From a virus (Duplodnaviria; Caudoviricetes), in the IMG/VR virus record IMGVR_UViG_3300040985_001906, positions 1 to 38,057 of that record: a DNA stretch of 38,057 bases, one strand, 5' to 3'. Shown here piece after piece: positions 28,134 to 36,879 of the stretch. The translations under genes and the position numbers were made by a program. The notes under the pieces are model-generated. The model did no database searches. It had not been told where the DNA came from and worked only from the letters and a program-made list of their open reading frames with translations. How positions within the stretch are numbered: the first letter of the stretch is position 1; each line of letters opens with the position of its first letter.

Positions 28134-28632
28134 ATCTAGAGGACCTGAACTATCAAAGGATTTTCACGATTATATATTTAATCAATGGATGTTCTTTAGT
28201 GAGAACGCATATGGGATTGCAGAAAAGATAAACAAGTCCACAGAGTTAATGTCCAAGTTTGGTAAGACTACTCCAGCAGGAGTACACTATCATATCAAAC
28301 AGATTGAAAAGGAGATGGAGAGTACCATATCAGAAGATGCTATGGACACTTATATCGGAGAGTTTATGAGAGCCAGGACAGGATTTGAACATGATGTTGC
28401 AGATATACAGACTTTGATGTCTCATGAAAAAGAGAAAGGATTAGAGGATATGGATAAGGATCTATATCTAAAGTTGGCAAGATTCAGACATGAGATTAAA
28501 CTGGATTCATTTAAGATGCTACAAGACTCTGCATTACCATTACAAGTTAAGAAACTTAAATTGGAAAGAGAGAAACTTAGGCCACCTAAACCAATTCCAG
28601 AGGTAATTAAAACTGAAAGGACTAGCGAGTAA
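28126..28632 (+). CDS. terS: Terminase small subunit (putative)
   Basis: Helical, HTH-like N-terminus, immediately upstream of TerL. Confidence 0.6.
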   Translation: MTRSRGPELSKDFHDYIFNQWMFFSENAYGIAEKINKSTELMSKFGKTTPAGVHYHIKQIEKEMESTISEDAMDTYIGEFMRARTGFEHDVADIQTLMSHEKEKGLEDMDKDLYLKLARFRHEIKLDSFKMLQDSALPLQVKKLKLEREKLRPPKPIPEVIKTERTSE

Positions 28633-30064
28633 AGAGACTCATGCCATACTTGCACAGGCAGCAAGTCGTGACATACCTCTAGTACCTGAAACGTTTTGGT
28701 GTAATGATTCATTGTCAGAAAGTAGTGAGTGTTGTTTTTGGCATTACATATTCTATCCTAATGGTGGTCCAGAAAGAGATGGGATTTATCATCCGTTATA
28801 TGCTTATGAAATAGAAATACTTGAGAAGATGCAAATGGATAGATTGGATTCAATTCGAGATAAAGATGTTGGTAAATGTTTTTGTGTTTACAAGGCAACA
28901 GGATTAGGACTTACAGAATTTATACTGTTATGGATATTATGGAAGTGTCTTACTGATGTTTGGTTTGCAGGTAAGGAAGCTATGATTATTACTGGACCTA
29001 ATGTTGATTTGGCACAGGATCTTATACTCAGGGCAAAGGGTTTTTTAGTTAAAAGAGGATTAGGATATGTTGATCATGGTGCGTACGAACTTGACGTCAA
29101 TGGAGGAAGAATCAAATGTTATCCGTCAAATAACATCCATTCAGCTAGAGGTAAACCAAAAGTTAGTCTCTTTTTTGGAGATGAAGCCGCTTTCTTTAAA
29201 CTTAGAGATGATAGCATTGTTAGAACCGTTGGAGAGAGATATATTGGAAAGTCAGATTCTTGGGTTATTTGGGTATCTACAGCAGGAGAGCAACCGAGTG
29301 GTTTTTTTTACGATATTATGCAAGAGCCAAAAGAAGGAGCAGAGGCGACAATATATGAAAGATTCCATTTCTATGTTGAAGCAGGTCTTAAAAAAGATAA
29401 GAAAACAAAGAGCTCAATCTTCTCGCCCAGATTCTTAGAAGAGGCAGGAAAGGCTAGATCATATGAAAGAGAGTATCTCGGAGTCTGGGGAAAGAACGTT
29501 GGAGATATATTCTCTCCAGAGGGTATTGAACTATGTTGTGCAGAACAGTATTCCTGGACAGATAATGATGATACGAATGACAGAGTTATTGGTATAGATC
29601 CTGGATTTGGTTCTTCAGAATTTGGAATATGTATTATGCAAAAGCGAAAAGGAAAGAAATCAGTTATCTATGCAGAGGCTTTTGAAAGAGCTAGCTACAT
29701 TGACATCATCAACAAAGTAAAGAACCTATCTTTAAAATTTAAAACCAAACGTTGTTTTGTAGATGGATCTTGGCCTGAGGGAATAAGAGACTTGAGGGAT
29801 AAAGAGCATATGAACGTACAATCAATTAACTTCAATCAGTATGGAGAGAAGATGTTAAACTATGCAGCAAACAGTATTGACTTTCAACAGGTAGAAATAC
29901 ACCCATTATTCAAGAAACTCAAGATGCAATTAATGACAATTAAATTTAACAGTAAGGGTGGTACTAACAAGACAACACAAAATCCGTTTGACTTGGGAGA
30001 TGCATTTTTGCTTGCATTATACTATTACAAGATGGGATCTGGAACTCTAGCAGGAGTAGGTTAG
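28613..30064 (+). CDS. terL: Terminase large subunit (start probably CTG 28613; track start TTG 28712)
   Basis: KATGLGLTE, FFGDEAAF, VST, IGIDPG, DLGDA; frame open from 28607. Confidence 0.9.
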   Translation: MKGLASKETHAILAQAASRDIPLVPETFWCNDSLSESSECCFWHYIFYPNGGPERDGIYHPLYAYEIEILEKMQMDRLDSIRDKDVGKCFCVYKATGLGLTEFILLWILWKCLTDVWFAGKEAMIITGPNVDLAQDLILRAKGFLVKRGLGYVDHGAYELDVNGGRIKCYPSNNIHSARGKPKVSLFFGDEAAFFKLRDDSIVRTVGERYIGKSDSWVIWVSTAGEQPSGFFYDIMQEPKEGAEATIYERFHFYVEAGLKKDKKTKSSIFSPRFLEEAGKARSYEREYLGVWGKNVGDIFSPEGIELCCAEQYSWTDNDDTNDRVIGIDPGFGSSEFGICIMQKRKGKKSVIYAEAFERASYIDIINKVKNLSLKFKTKRCFVDGSWPEGIRDLRDKEHMNVQSINFNQYGEKMLNYAANSIDFQQVEIHPLFKKLKMQLMTIKFNSKGGTNKTTQNPFDLGDAFLLALYYYKMGSGTLAGVG

Positions 30065-30360
30065 ACCTTATAACTTGGGATTTTTCTCTTTTGTTTCTTA
30101 TCTTTAATTTCATCAAATGAGACTATAAATGACTTGAACTGACCTATGGTCATGATTGGTGTAATCCCTCTCATCAAAGCAATATATAAAATAACATTAG
30201 GATCTGTATTTTGACGTAACTGTTCTAAACATATTCTATCTGTCAAATATGCTCCCCATCTAACTACCTCATAACAATGATTCTTAGCAAGATCCTCAAC
30301 GTCTCCGTTACGGATTGGTTTATTAGGTTCAAAAGGAGAAGGTGTATGTGCTGCTAACAT
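30061..30360 (-). CDS. Antisense hypothetical protein
   Basis: 99 aa, fills the gap; TTTATATA on the minus strand at 30383-30390. Confidence 0.65.
   Translation of the reverse strand: MLAAHTPSPFEPNKPIRNGDVEDLAKNHCYEVVRWGAYLTDRICLEQLRQNTDPNVILYIALMRGITPIMTIGQFKSFIVSFDEIKDKKQKRKIPSYKV
30304..30314. promoter_or_regulatory. TCCGTTACGGA palindrome
   Basis: Exact motif copy. Confidence 0.55.
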
Positions 30361-30371
30361 ACTTTCTATTA
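30360..30371 (+). promoter_or_regulatory. Putative late promoter element TACTTTCTATTA
   Basis: 36 nt before ATG 30396. Confidence 0.6.
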
Positions 30372-30395
30372 ATACCGATAAGTATATAAATTAAT

Positions 30396-30752
30396 ATGGT
30401 ATTGTTTCTAAAAATGGATCAAAACAACTGGGCAAAGGGAGATTTTACTAACTCTGCAACTTTTGACCTATCAGGTACAGTATATGATGATAGTTCATTC
30501 ACTACTGTCCGAGACATCTCAGGATTTACAGGAACTTTTAGAATAATAGACCAAGAAGGAGGAACTATCTTTTCCTCTGATGATATTGTTACATTAAATT
30601 CAGATGGAACGTTCTTTGTAAAGTTTTTGGAATCACAAACACCAACAATTTCTGGAATATTTAAAATTAGACTAAGATTAGAGGTATCAGGTAGTAGATT
30701 GACAGCAGTAGGGGTAAATGGCTCTGATGATATATACCTAGATTTTGATTAA
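30396..30752 (+). CDS. Beta-sandwich virion protein (BppU N-terminal-like)
   Basis: KGDF..., DISGFTGTF, GIFKIRLRL pattern. Confidence 0.5.
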   Translation: MVLFLKMDQNNWAKGDFTNSATFDLSGTVYDDSSFTTVRDISGFTGTFRIIDQEGGTIFSSDDIVTLNSDGTFFVKFLESQTPTISGIFKIRLRLEVSGSRLTAVGVNGSDDIYLDFD

Positions 30753-30761
30753 TTCGTTTTT

Positions 30762-30768
30762 TACTTCC
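30762..30768 (+). promoter_or_regulatory. Putative late promoter element TACTTCC
   Basis: 36 nt before the portal ATG 30798. Confidence 0.55.
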
Positions 30769-30797
30769 ATTTAACAAAACTATACTAAAAATGCCAT

Positions 30798-32273
30798 ATG
30801 AAGCCAACTATTAGAGGAAATGGTCACGTTATCTACCCAAAAGAGGCAGTTTTGCCTAAAAAACGAGCAAAAAAAGAGACTTATTCGGGTACTATCAAAG
30901 TTTTAGAGACATTTAGTAATAAAAGTGAGGTAAATCAAAGCGATTGGCAAGATGAATTAGCTCCAGATAGACCATTTATAGAGACTTTGGATGCAATTAA
31001 CAAAGACGGTAGATTGAACCTAGCAATCGAAACATACAACCAAATGATCATAGGAAAAGGGCTAAAAGTTACTGCAAAGAACAATAAGGTACAGGAAATG
31101 GTCAATGAGTGGCTTGAAGAGTCAGGATTTGATGAATTTTTAGAAGATGGAATACATTCTTATCTTGGAACAGGAAATTGGATAATTGAAAAGTCTCCAA
31201 CCAATGATGAGTTTGTTGAAGTACCAATAACTACAATATCATCCATTACAAGAAACGCAAAAGGACATATTAAACGATATGTTCAACACGTTAATGATAA
31301 AGACATATTTTTTAAACCAAGTGAGGTAATACATTTCAAATTAACTAATGTTGCAAGAGAACCATTTGCTAGAGGACTATTCCATTCAATACTTTCAGAT
31401 TATGAAGATCCAAGAACAGGAGATGTCTATGATTCTCCATTGATTCAGATGAAACAGATAGAGGATGCTATGCCAAAGATATTTCAAGGCCATGCTGATC
31501 CAACAGTTATGTTCCATTTTGAAGATGCAGGAGAACAATTTATCAAGAGTCAGGCAGATGCCTTAAAGAAGATGAAAAAGGGATCAAAGATAGTTACAGA
31601 TAAAGCATTTGATGTCAAAGTTATAGAGACAGCAGGTAACTCTAAATTCGAGGGTTATATCGAGCATATGCAAAGAGACTTGTTAGAGCCTGGATCTAAA
31701 TTCCCATTACAATTCTTCAACGCAGGATTTACTGCTAGAGCAGCCTCAGAAAGTACAGATTCTGTTTTGATTAGAAAGGTCAAAAGAATACAAGTCAGAT
31801 TAGCCAACCAAATCAAACGAAACTGTATCTTACCATACTTGAGAACAAGAGGCAAAAGAATAAAATCAGCAGATATTCAAGTATTCTTTGAAAGTCCTCA
31901 AAAACAAGAAGCAGCAATCTCAGACGTTATCACATCATTTAGGGATAATATCTTGAGAAGAAGTGAAGCAAGACAATGGCTAGTTGCCAATACAAATGTC
32001 AAGATTGATCAAACTGATATGGAAGATGAAGCACCTATTACAAGTGTTACTCCAACTAATCAATTAAATGATAATAGAGAAGAACCTAAAGAGGAAGAAC
32101 CTGAAGAAGATAAAAACACTTCTGTTAAAAAGAAAGAGGAAATGGTGTATGAGAGAACAATGTCAGATCTTAAAAATATGGTTAATATGAGAGCAGAATT
32201 AGATGCAGCAGATAAGAGAAAGAATACTAATGAAATATTAAAATTCATAAAGGGGTTAAAATCAGATGATTAG
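30798..32273 (+). CDS. Portal protein
   Basis: Position between TerL and capsid; IIGKGL, YLGTGNWIIE, FKPSEVIHFK, EARQWL. Confidence 0.88.
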   Translation: MKPTIRGNGHVIYPKEAVLPKKRAKKETYSGTIKVLETFSNKSEVNQSDWQDELAPDRPFIETLDAINKDGRLNLAIETYNQMIIGKGLKVTAKNNKVQEMVNEWLEESGFDEFLEDGIHSYLGTGNWIIEKSPTNDEFVEVPITTISSITRNAKGHIKRYVQHVNDKDIFFKPSEVIHFKLTNVAREPFARGLFHSILSDYEDPRTGDVYDSPLIQMKQIEDAMPKIFQGHADPTVMFHFEDAGEQFIKSQADALKKMKKGSKIVTDKAFDVKVIETAGNSKFEGYIEHMQRDLLEPGSKFPLQFFNAGFTARAASESTDSVLIRKVKRIQVRLANQIKRNCILPYLRTRGKRIKSADIQVFFESPQKQEAAISDVITSFRDNILRRSEARQWLVANTNVKIDQTDMEDEAPITSVTPTNQLNDNREEPKEEEPEEDKNTSVKKKEEMVYERTMSDLKNMVNMRAELDAADKRKNTNEILKFIKGLKSDD

Positions 32274-32562
32274 AATATATACAGATTCCGAAACGACAAA
32301 GACCATAGAGGCACTTGACTTAGGAAGAGTGTTACTAGGAGAGACTAAGAAATATACAGTATTCATAAAGAATACAGATTCTGAATGGCCTGTTCATAAT
32401 ATCAAAATTGAAAACACTAATCCAGAACTTAGATTTGAAGCTCCTCAGACATTAGAGGCCAATGAGGTTAAAGAGGTTGCTGTTTATTGGACACCAAAAT
32501 TAGATAGTAGAAAACCTCTAAGAACTGAATTTAAATTCTCAGGCGATATATTCATAGGATAA
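32266..32562 (+). CDS. Ig-like virion protein
   Basis: LDLGRV..GETK..VFIKN...V.WTP pattern. Confidence 0.6.
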   Translation: MIRIYTDSETTKTIEALDLGRVLLGETKKYTVFIKNTDSEWPVHNIKIENTNPELRFEAPQTLEANEVKEVAVYWTPKLDSRKPLRTEFKFSGDIFIG

Positions 32563-32981
32563 TGGCATTACTAACCGAAAGTGGGTTAGCTTTAGAAACA
32601 GAAAGTGGAATAGAATTAAACAGGGAATCATATGTTCCTCCTCCAAAGAGATATGGTAGAAAGAAGATATTATTCTTCCCAGAAATAAAACACTTTGAAA
32701 AGATAGTAAAGATGAGAGGTAATACAAGATTACCAACAAGAGATGAGGTCATAACTATTACATCAAAGATTGCACAACAAACAGTAGGTTCATTACAATA
32801 CAAAGGTACTGTTAAGTTAATCAAAGAGAGTGTAGTAATTGGAAAAGGTAGAGCAAGGACCAATAACCTTAGTGCTAGAGTAAAAGGAAATAAGGTAAGG
32901 CCAATCAAGGAGTCATTAGTTATAGAGGGTAAGAAGAATTATGATGAACTTATCAAAGCTATTGAAATGCTAGAGATATAA
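32562..32981 (+). CDS. Basic virion protein with N-terminal LLTESG motif
   Basis: MALLTESGLALETESGIEL; Lys/Arg-rich. Confidence 0.65.
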   Translation: MALLTESGLALETESGIELNRESYVPPPKRYGRKKILFFPEIKHFEKIVKMRGNTRLPTRDEVITITSKIAQQTVGSLQYKGTVKLIKESVVIGKGRARTNNLSARVKGNKVRPIKESLVIEGKKNYDELIKAIEMLEI

Positions 32982-32995
32982 TACTTCTCTATATC
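32982..32995 (+). promoter_or_regulatory. Putative late promoter element TACTTCTCTATATC
   Basis: 34 nt before ATG 33016. Confidence 0.7.
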
Positions 32996-33015
32996 GGTTT
33001 AAACTGAAATTACTC

Positions 33016-34830
33016 ATGGCAGAACGTATTGCTGGGATTGCTCTCATGCCTAGAGAGTCACGTAATGGTGTATATTATGATACTGAGGAATTAAAGAAAT
33101 TTGACGGTGTTTCTGTACCACTAAGAGTTGAACATGATAAGAATACTCATATTGGAGAAGTCACATTTACATTTGATGAAATTAAGAGTCAGGTAAAATA
33201 TGAGGCTAGTATATTTGATTCTGAATGGCAAGACATACTAAGTAATGAACAATATCAGGTATCAATAGGAGCATCAGTATTAGAACAAAGAGAGTTATGT
33301 GATGAGATGAGAGCAAAATGTCTTAATGCTCCTGTATTAAATGAAATATTAGAATTATCCGTAGTCAGAGTTCCAGGTATTCCTGAGTCCACACTACACG
33401 TTATTGAATCATCCAATGTGCAATATATCAAAATACTTGATGAGGCACAAACAATTACTTCCGATAAACAAACTACAATCAAAGAAAAAGATATGACAAA
33501 CGAAACTTTAGACAATAAAGTAGAGGAAAAAGTCAAAGTCACTATCGAAACAGATGGCGAGATAGAAGTAGGTAAAGCAGAAGCAAAATCTGAAGTTGCT
33601 CCAGCAGTTGAAGCACCAGCTCCAGCAGCAGAAGCAAAAGAAGAAGTAGCTACTGAAAAAATCGCAGAACGTATTGAGAAATCAAACGAAAACACTCTTA
33701 AAACAGTTATTGAAACTGTCAAAGATGCATGGCAACCAAAATCAGAAGTAGCCGAATCAACTAACCAAGGTTATGTTGAAGAGTTATTTGATGATGAGTC
33801 AGCTAAAAAGTTCTTAGACAAAGTCTTTGAAAATGGCTATGGTCGCTTAGTTATCGACAAAGAGGGTTGGATTGAGAATCACACCCAAGAAGGCAGAATT
33901 ACTGCTAACGGAAGTGTTGAAGAAGCAGTTGGTGTATCTGGAACTATTCCAGGTGTAAAACAACGTGCTAACATCTCAGTACAAATCGGCAATAAAACTG
34001 CAACCAGCATTAGACAGTATGGTCAATTTGAGGCCTTACCAACTGGACAAACTACAGCAAGATTCTACAGAATCACAGTTCCAGATGCAGGTGCAATTAC
34101 CGAAAGTGTCTCATCAGACATTTCAGCAAGTACACACACTCTAACATCTATTGATGTTACGTGTGCCATCAGAGGTTGGAGACAAACCATACTCAAAGCA
34201 CAACTTGAGGACTATCCTGCAAGTTTCCTTAACGCAATTAGAGAAACAGCAAGATTAGAAGCAATCAGAGATGAACACAAACTCATCTTAGAGGACCTAG
34301 CCTCAACTGCAAGAGATTATGGTGGTGTTACCACAGCTCCATATCACATTGGTGGATCAGACGGAGTAGCAACAACTTCAACAGTTGAAGAGGATGCAGA
34401 CGGAGAATTTGATGAAGATGGTCTTACATTCGCTAAGAGATACCTTCAAGAACTCGGTCAAGACGTAGGTCCTGGAAAGTTAGTAGCTTTCATTACCCCA
34501 CGAGCTTTTGAATCCCTTGCAACATCATCTGCAATTTCTGAATATGCCCAGATTGGAAACCCTAGTGTTACCAAACTCGGACAATTAGAAAGATTGTACG
34601 GTATTGACATAGTTGTAACCAACGAAGTGAAAGGAGACGTAAGTAATGCAGATCGTAACATTGTTGCTGTCAAAGGTGCAGCATGGGGATTAGCCTCACA
34701 AAGAACAATGGAACTGGAATTACAAAAACAAGTCGCAGGACAATACTGGGATTTGGTCTGGACTCACAGAATAGGTGTCAACGTGATTGATCCTAACACA
34801 TACATCATTGTATCTAGTGTAAACTCCTAG
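33016..34830 (+). CDS. Prohead protease-scaffold-major capsid protein fusion (HK97 fold)
   Basis: RNGVYY, PLRVEH, VSIG, ELSVV..PG; Glu/Ala-rich linker; GAITE, LGQLERLYGIDIVVTN. Confidence 0.88.
   Translation: MAERIAGIALMPRESRNGVYYDTEELKKFDGVSVPLRVEHDKNTHIGEVTFTFDEIKSQVKYEASIFDSEWQDILSNEQYQVSIGASVLEQRELCDEMRAKCLNAPVLNEILELSVVRVPGIPESTLHVIESSNVQYIKILDEAQTITSDKQTTIKEKDMTNETLDNKVEEKVKVTIETDGEIEVGKAEAKSEVAPAVEAPAPAAEAKEEVATEKIAERIEKSNENTLKTVIETVKDAWQPKSEVAESTNQGYVEELFDDESAKKFLDKVFENGYGRLVIDKEGWIENHTQEGRITANGSVEEAVGVSGTIPGVKQRANISVQIGNKTATSIRQYGQFEALPTGQTTARFYRITVPDAGAITESVSSDISASTHTLTSIDVTCAIRGWRQTILKAQLEDYPASFLNAIRETARLEAIRDEHKLILEDLASTARDYGGVTTAPYHIGGSDGVATTSTVEEDADGEFDEDGLTFAKRYLQELGQDVGPGKLVAFITPRAFESLATSSAISEYAQIGNPSVTKLGQLERLYGIDIVVTNEVKGDVSNADRNIVAVKGAAWGLASQRTMELELQKQVAGQYWDLVWTHRIGVNVIDPNTYIIVSSVNS
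33456..33462 (+). promoter_or_regulatory. Putative internal late promoter TACTTCC
   Basis: 37 nt before the in-frame ATG 33493 at the protease/scaffold boundary. Confidence 0.5.
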
Positions 34831-34837
34831 ACAACAA

Positions 34838-34852
34838 TTTTTTTATTTTTTT
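34838..34852 (+). terminator. Archaeal oligo-T terminator after the capsid gene
   Basis: T7-A-T7 immediately after the stop codon. Confidence 0.55.
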
Positions 34853-34858
34853 ACTTCT
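34852..34858 (+). promoter_or_regulatory. Putative late promoter element TACTTCT
   Basis: 34 nt before ATG 34886. Confidence 0.6.
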
Positions 34859-34885
34859 TAACATTCTAATTTCATACATTTTTGT

Positions 34886-35107
34886 ATGGATATAGAGGCA
34901 CGTATATTCGAGAAGTTAGACAAAATTGAGGACAGAATTAATGATTTATGTATAAGACTATCTGCTATGGAAGCAGAATACAACTCTCATATTGGAGATA
35001 TGCAAAGACGACAGGATAGAAAATTAAAAAGGAGAGATTACACTTTAGTAGTTATGGCATTAGGATTAACAACAGTAGAGGTCTTACGAACCTTAGGCGT
35101 GATATAG
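34886..35107 (+). CDS. Coiled-coil plus C-terminal TM protein (holin/XhlA-like architecture)
   Basis: Heptad N-terminus, basic patch, hydrophobic C-terminus. Confidence 0.6.
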   Translation: MDIEARIFEKLDKIEDRINDLCIRLSAMEAEYNSHIGDMQRRQDRKLKRRDYTLVVMALGLTTVEVLRTLGVI

Positions 35108-35146
35108 ACAATAATAGTTATATAGAGTAAGATAAAGCAGTTGGTT

Positions 35147-35317
35147 ATGGCAGGAAATCTAAGATACTATGCTCTTGGTGCTTATGCAGGCTTAATTGCA
35201 TTGTGGACAGCAACAGATCAACTAGCATTGAATGAAACAACGTCAATCGCTTTGTTAGCTCCTATTGCTATATTAATAGGTGCAGACTATATCAAACACA
35301 AACAAGATGTAGAATAG
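35147..35317 (+). CDS. 56-aa two-TM membrane protein (not in ORF track)
   Basis: MAGNLRYYALGAYAGLIALW...IALLAPIAILIGADYIKHKQDVE; TTATATA about 29 nt upstream. Confidence 0.65.
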   Translation: MAGNLRYYALGAYAGLIALWTATDQLALNETTSIALLAPIAILIGADYIKHKQDVE

Positions 35318-35349
35318 AGGTTTTATACTTCTTACTCATTCTTTTTTTT

Positions 35350-35802
35350 ATGATTACTTATCATACTGAGCATATCAATAAACAATTTGTAAAACAAACT
35401 GTATTACATACATTAGCAAATTTATCAATTAGAGATTTATCAGGTTGGTTAAAGAAATGGGATATTCATGTATGGGATCTAAAAGATACTAATCCTCTAT
35501 ATTTTGGTCATATTAAAACAACATCAGGCCAGAAGATAAACACAAATATGCCAAGTGGAGTAACAGGAAAATATAGAATGGATTTATATCTACATGACTC
35601 TACTAATACCTTCAAAGCAAGAGAGAATAGTGATAGGATTATGCACGAAACCTGTCATGCTATCCTAATAGGAACTCCTCATTTCGTATCAGGAGTACAT
35701 GATAATATCAGTAATAGATTCCAGGCAAACTTTTGGTATTGGAATAGGTTCAGATGGAGTAAATTCACTCTATCTATCATAGATATTAGACAATTTTTAT
35801 AA
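35350..35802 (+). CDS. HEXXH metallopeptidase-like protein
   Basis: IMHETCHA with a downstream H (GVHD). Confidence 0.6.
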   Translation: MITYHTEHINKQFVKQTVLHTLANLSIRDLSGWLKKWDIHVWDLKDTNPLYFGHIKTTSGQKINTNMPSGVTGKYRMDLYLHDSTNTFKARENSDRIMHETCHAILIGTPHFVSGVHDNISNRFQANFWYWNRFRWSKFTLSIIDIRQFL

Positions 35803-35816
35803 AAATAAAAAAGGGG

Positions 35817-35996
35817 TTAAAGCCCTAAGCTTTGTATTATATAATCGAACTCTTTCTCAAAGGATTTATCTTCTTCTTCCTTTTGTACGGTAATAGTACC
35901 GTAATTTGAGGTACTAATTTGTATCAAATTCTCTAAATATTTGTTAGATTGTCTAAACCACTCCAAACCTGAGTCAATGAAAAAAATTTGTGACAT
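35817..35996 (-). CDS. Small antisense hypothetical protein
   Basis: MSQIFFIDSG...; TTATATAG on the minus strand at 36019-36026; T-tract downstream. Confidence 0.5.
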   Translation of the reverse strand: MSQIFFIDSGLEWFRQSNKYLENLIQISTSNYGTITVQKEEEDKSFEKEFDYIIQSLGL

Positions 35997-35999
35997 AAA

Positions 36000-36006
36000 T
36001 ACTTCT
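36000..36006 (+). promoter_or_regulatory. Putative late promoter element TACTTCT
   Basis: 35 nt before ATG 36035. Confidence 0.6.
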
Positions 36007-36034
36007 AATGATTGAAGTCTATATAACAATTATT

Positions 36035-36364
36035 ATGACAAAGTACGGTTCTACTGATGAAATGGAAAAATTGGCATGGGGAGGAACTAAATCAGGATCA
36101 ACTCCTGCTACAGTAACAGCTATACAAAATTCCGTAACGGATATGATTAACCTTATACTAAACAGAAACTCTGATTTCACTACTGTACCTACTGCTATTA
36201 ACAGCGTGGCCAATCTTACAGGTTCAGAGATGTTAAGAAACTTGGGAAAGAGGACAGAACTAACCACAGTACAGATATATGATCAGTTAGTAGTGTTATT
36301 GAAGAATTATATGGACCAAGCACCTGATGAACATTCTCGTTGGGGTAATGTGTGGTACACTTGA
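36035..36364 (+). CDS. Head-tail adaptor (gp15/gp6-like)
   Basis: MTKYGSTDEM N-terminus, helical, VPTAI; start reassigned from 36008 by promoter spacing. Confidence 0.6.
   Translation: MTKYGSTDEMEKLAWGGTKSGSTPATVTAIQNSVTDMINLILNRNSDFTTVPTAINSVANLTGSEMLRNLGKRTELTTVQIYDQLVVLLKNYMDQAPDEHSRWGNVWYT
36131..36141. promoter_or_regulatory. TCCGTAACGGA palindrome
   Basis: Exact motif copy. Confidence 0.55.
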
Positions 36365-36879
36365 CCGTTACATTTACTAATCTTTCAGGAGCAAGAGAAA
36401 ACCTTGACAAAACTATTGCAGATTTATTATCTGATAATTGGACAGCAAGTAATATAGACGGTAGTGTAACTCCATATTTCTCATCTGATACTGATGAACC
36501 TGATCAACTTGCAAGAGCTGACGGATCTTGGGTTGCAGAAGTCAGGGTAAACTATTCAAACAGATTGAAATATGAGGGAGATGAATTTGAATTAAACGGA
36601 GATGATAAACACGCTTGGGTATGTACTCTATTCATTGAGATTCAAGGAGAATCATTACAGGGATTACTAGATATGGAAGATGAGGTACATAGAATCCTAT
36701 GGGAGAATAGACCTAACGGAGCAACCAGGTTAAACAAGAGTGACGGAGCAGCATCAGAGGTTGCTTTCTTTGAGGAGTCAGAACCTGAATTTGAACGATT
36801 AGAACCTGAGGGAGATGATGATCAGACACCAACATCTCAAGCAGAACTCAAATGTGTTTACTTTAAGATTAAGAGTTAA
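36352..36879 (+). CDS. Tail terminator/completion protein
   Basis: Acidic alpha/beta protein directly before the tail tube; start may be TTG 36361. Confidence 0.6.
   Translation: MVHLTVTFTNLSGARENLDKTIADLLSDNWTASNIDGSVTPYFSSDTDEPDQLARADGSWVAEVRVNYSNRLKYEGDEFELNGDDKHAWVCTLFIEIQGESLQGLLDMEDEVHRILWENRPNGATRLNKSDGAASEVAFFEESEPEFERLEPEGDDDQTPTSQAELKCVYFKIKS

Noticed and set aside
35326-35331. TACTTC before ATG 35350
   Set aside because: Spacing is 24 nt, outside the 34-37 nt window, so it was not counted as a late promoter.
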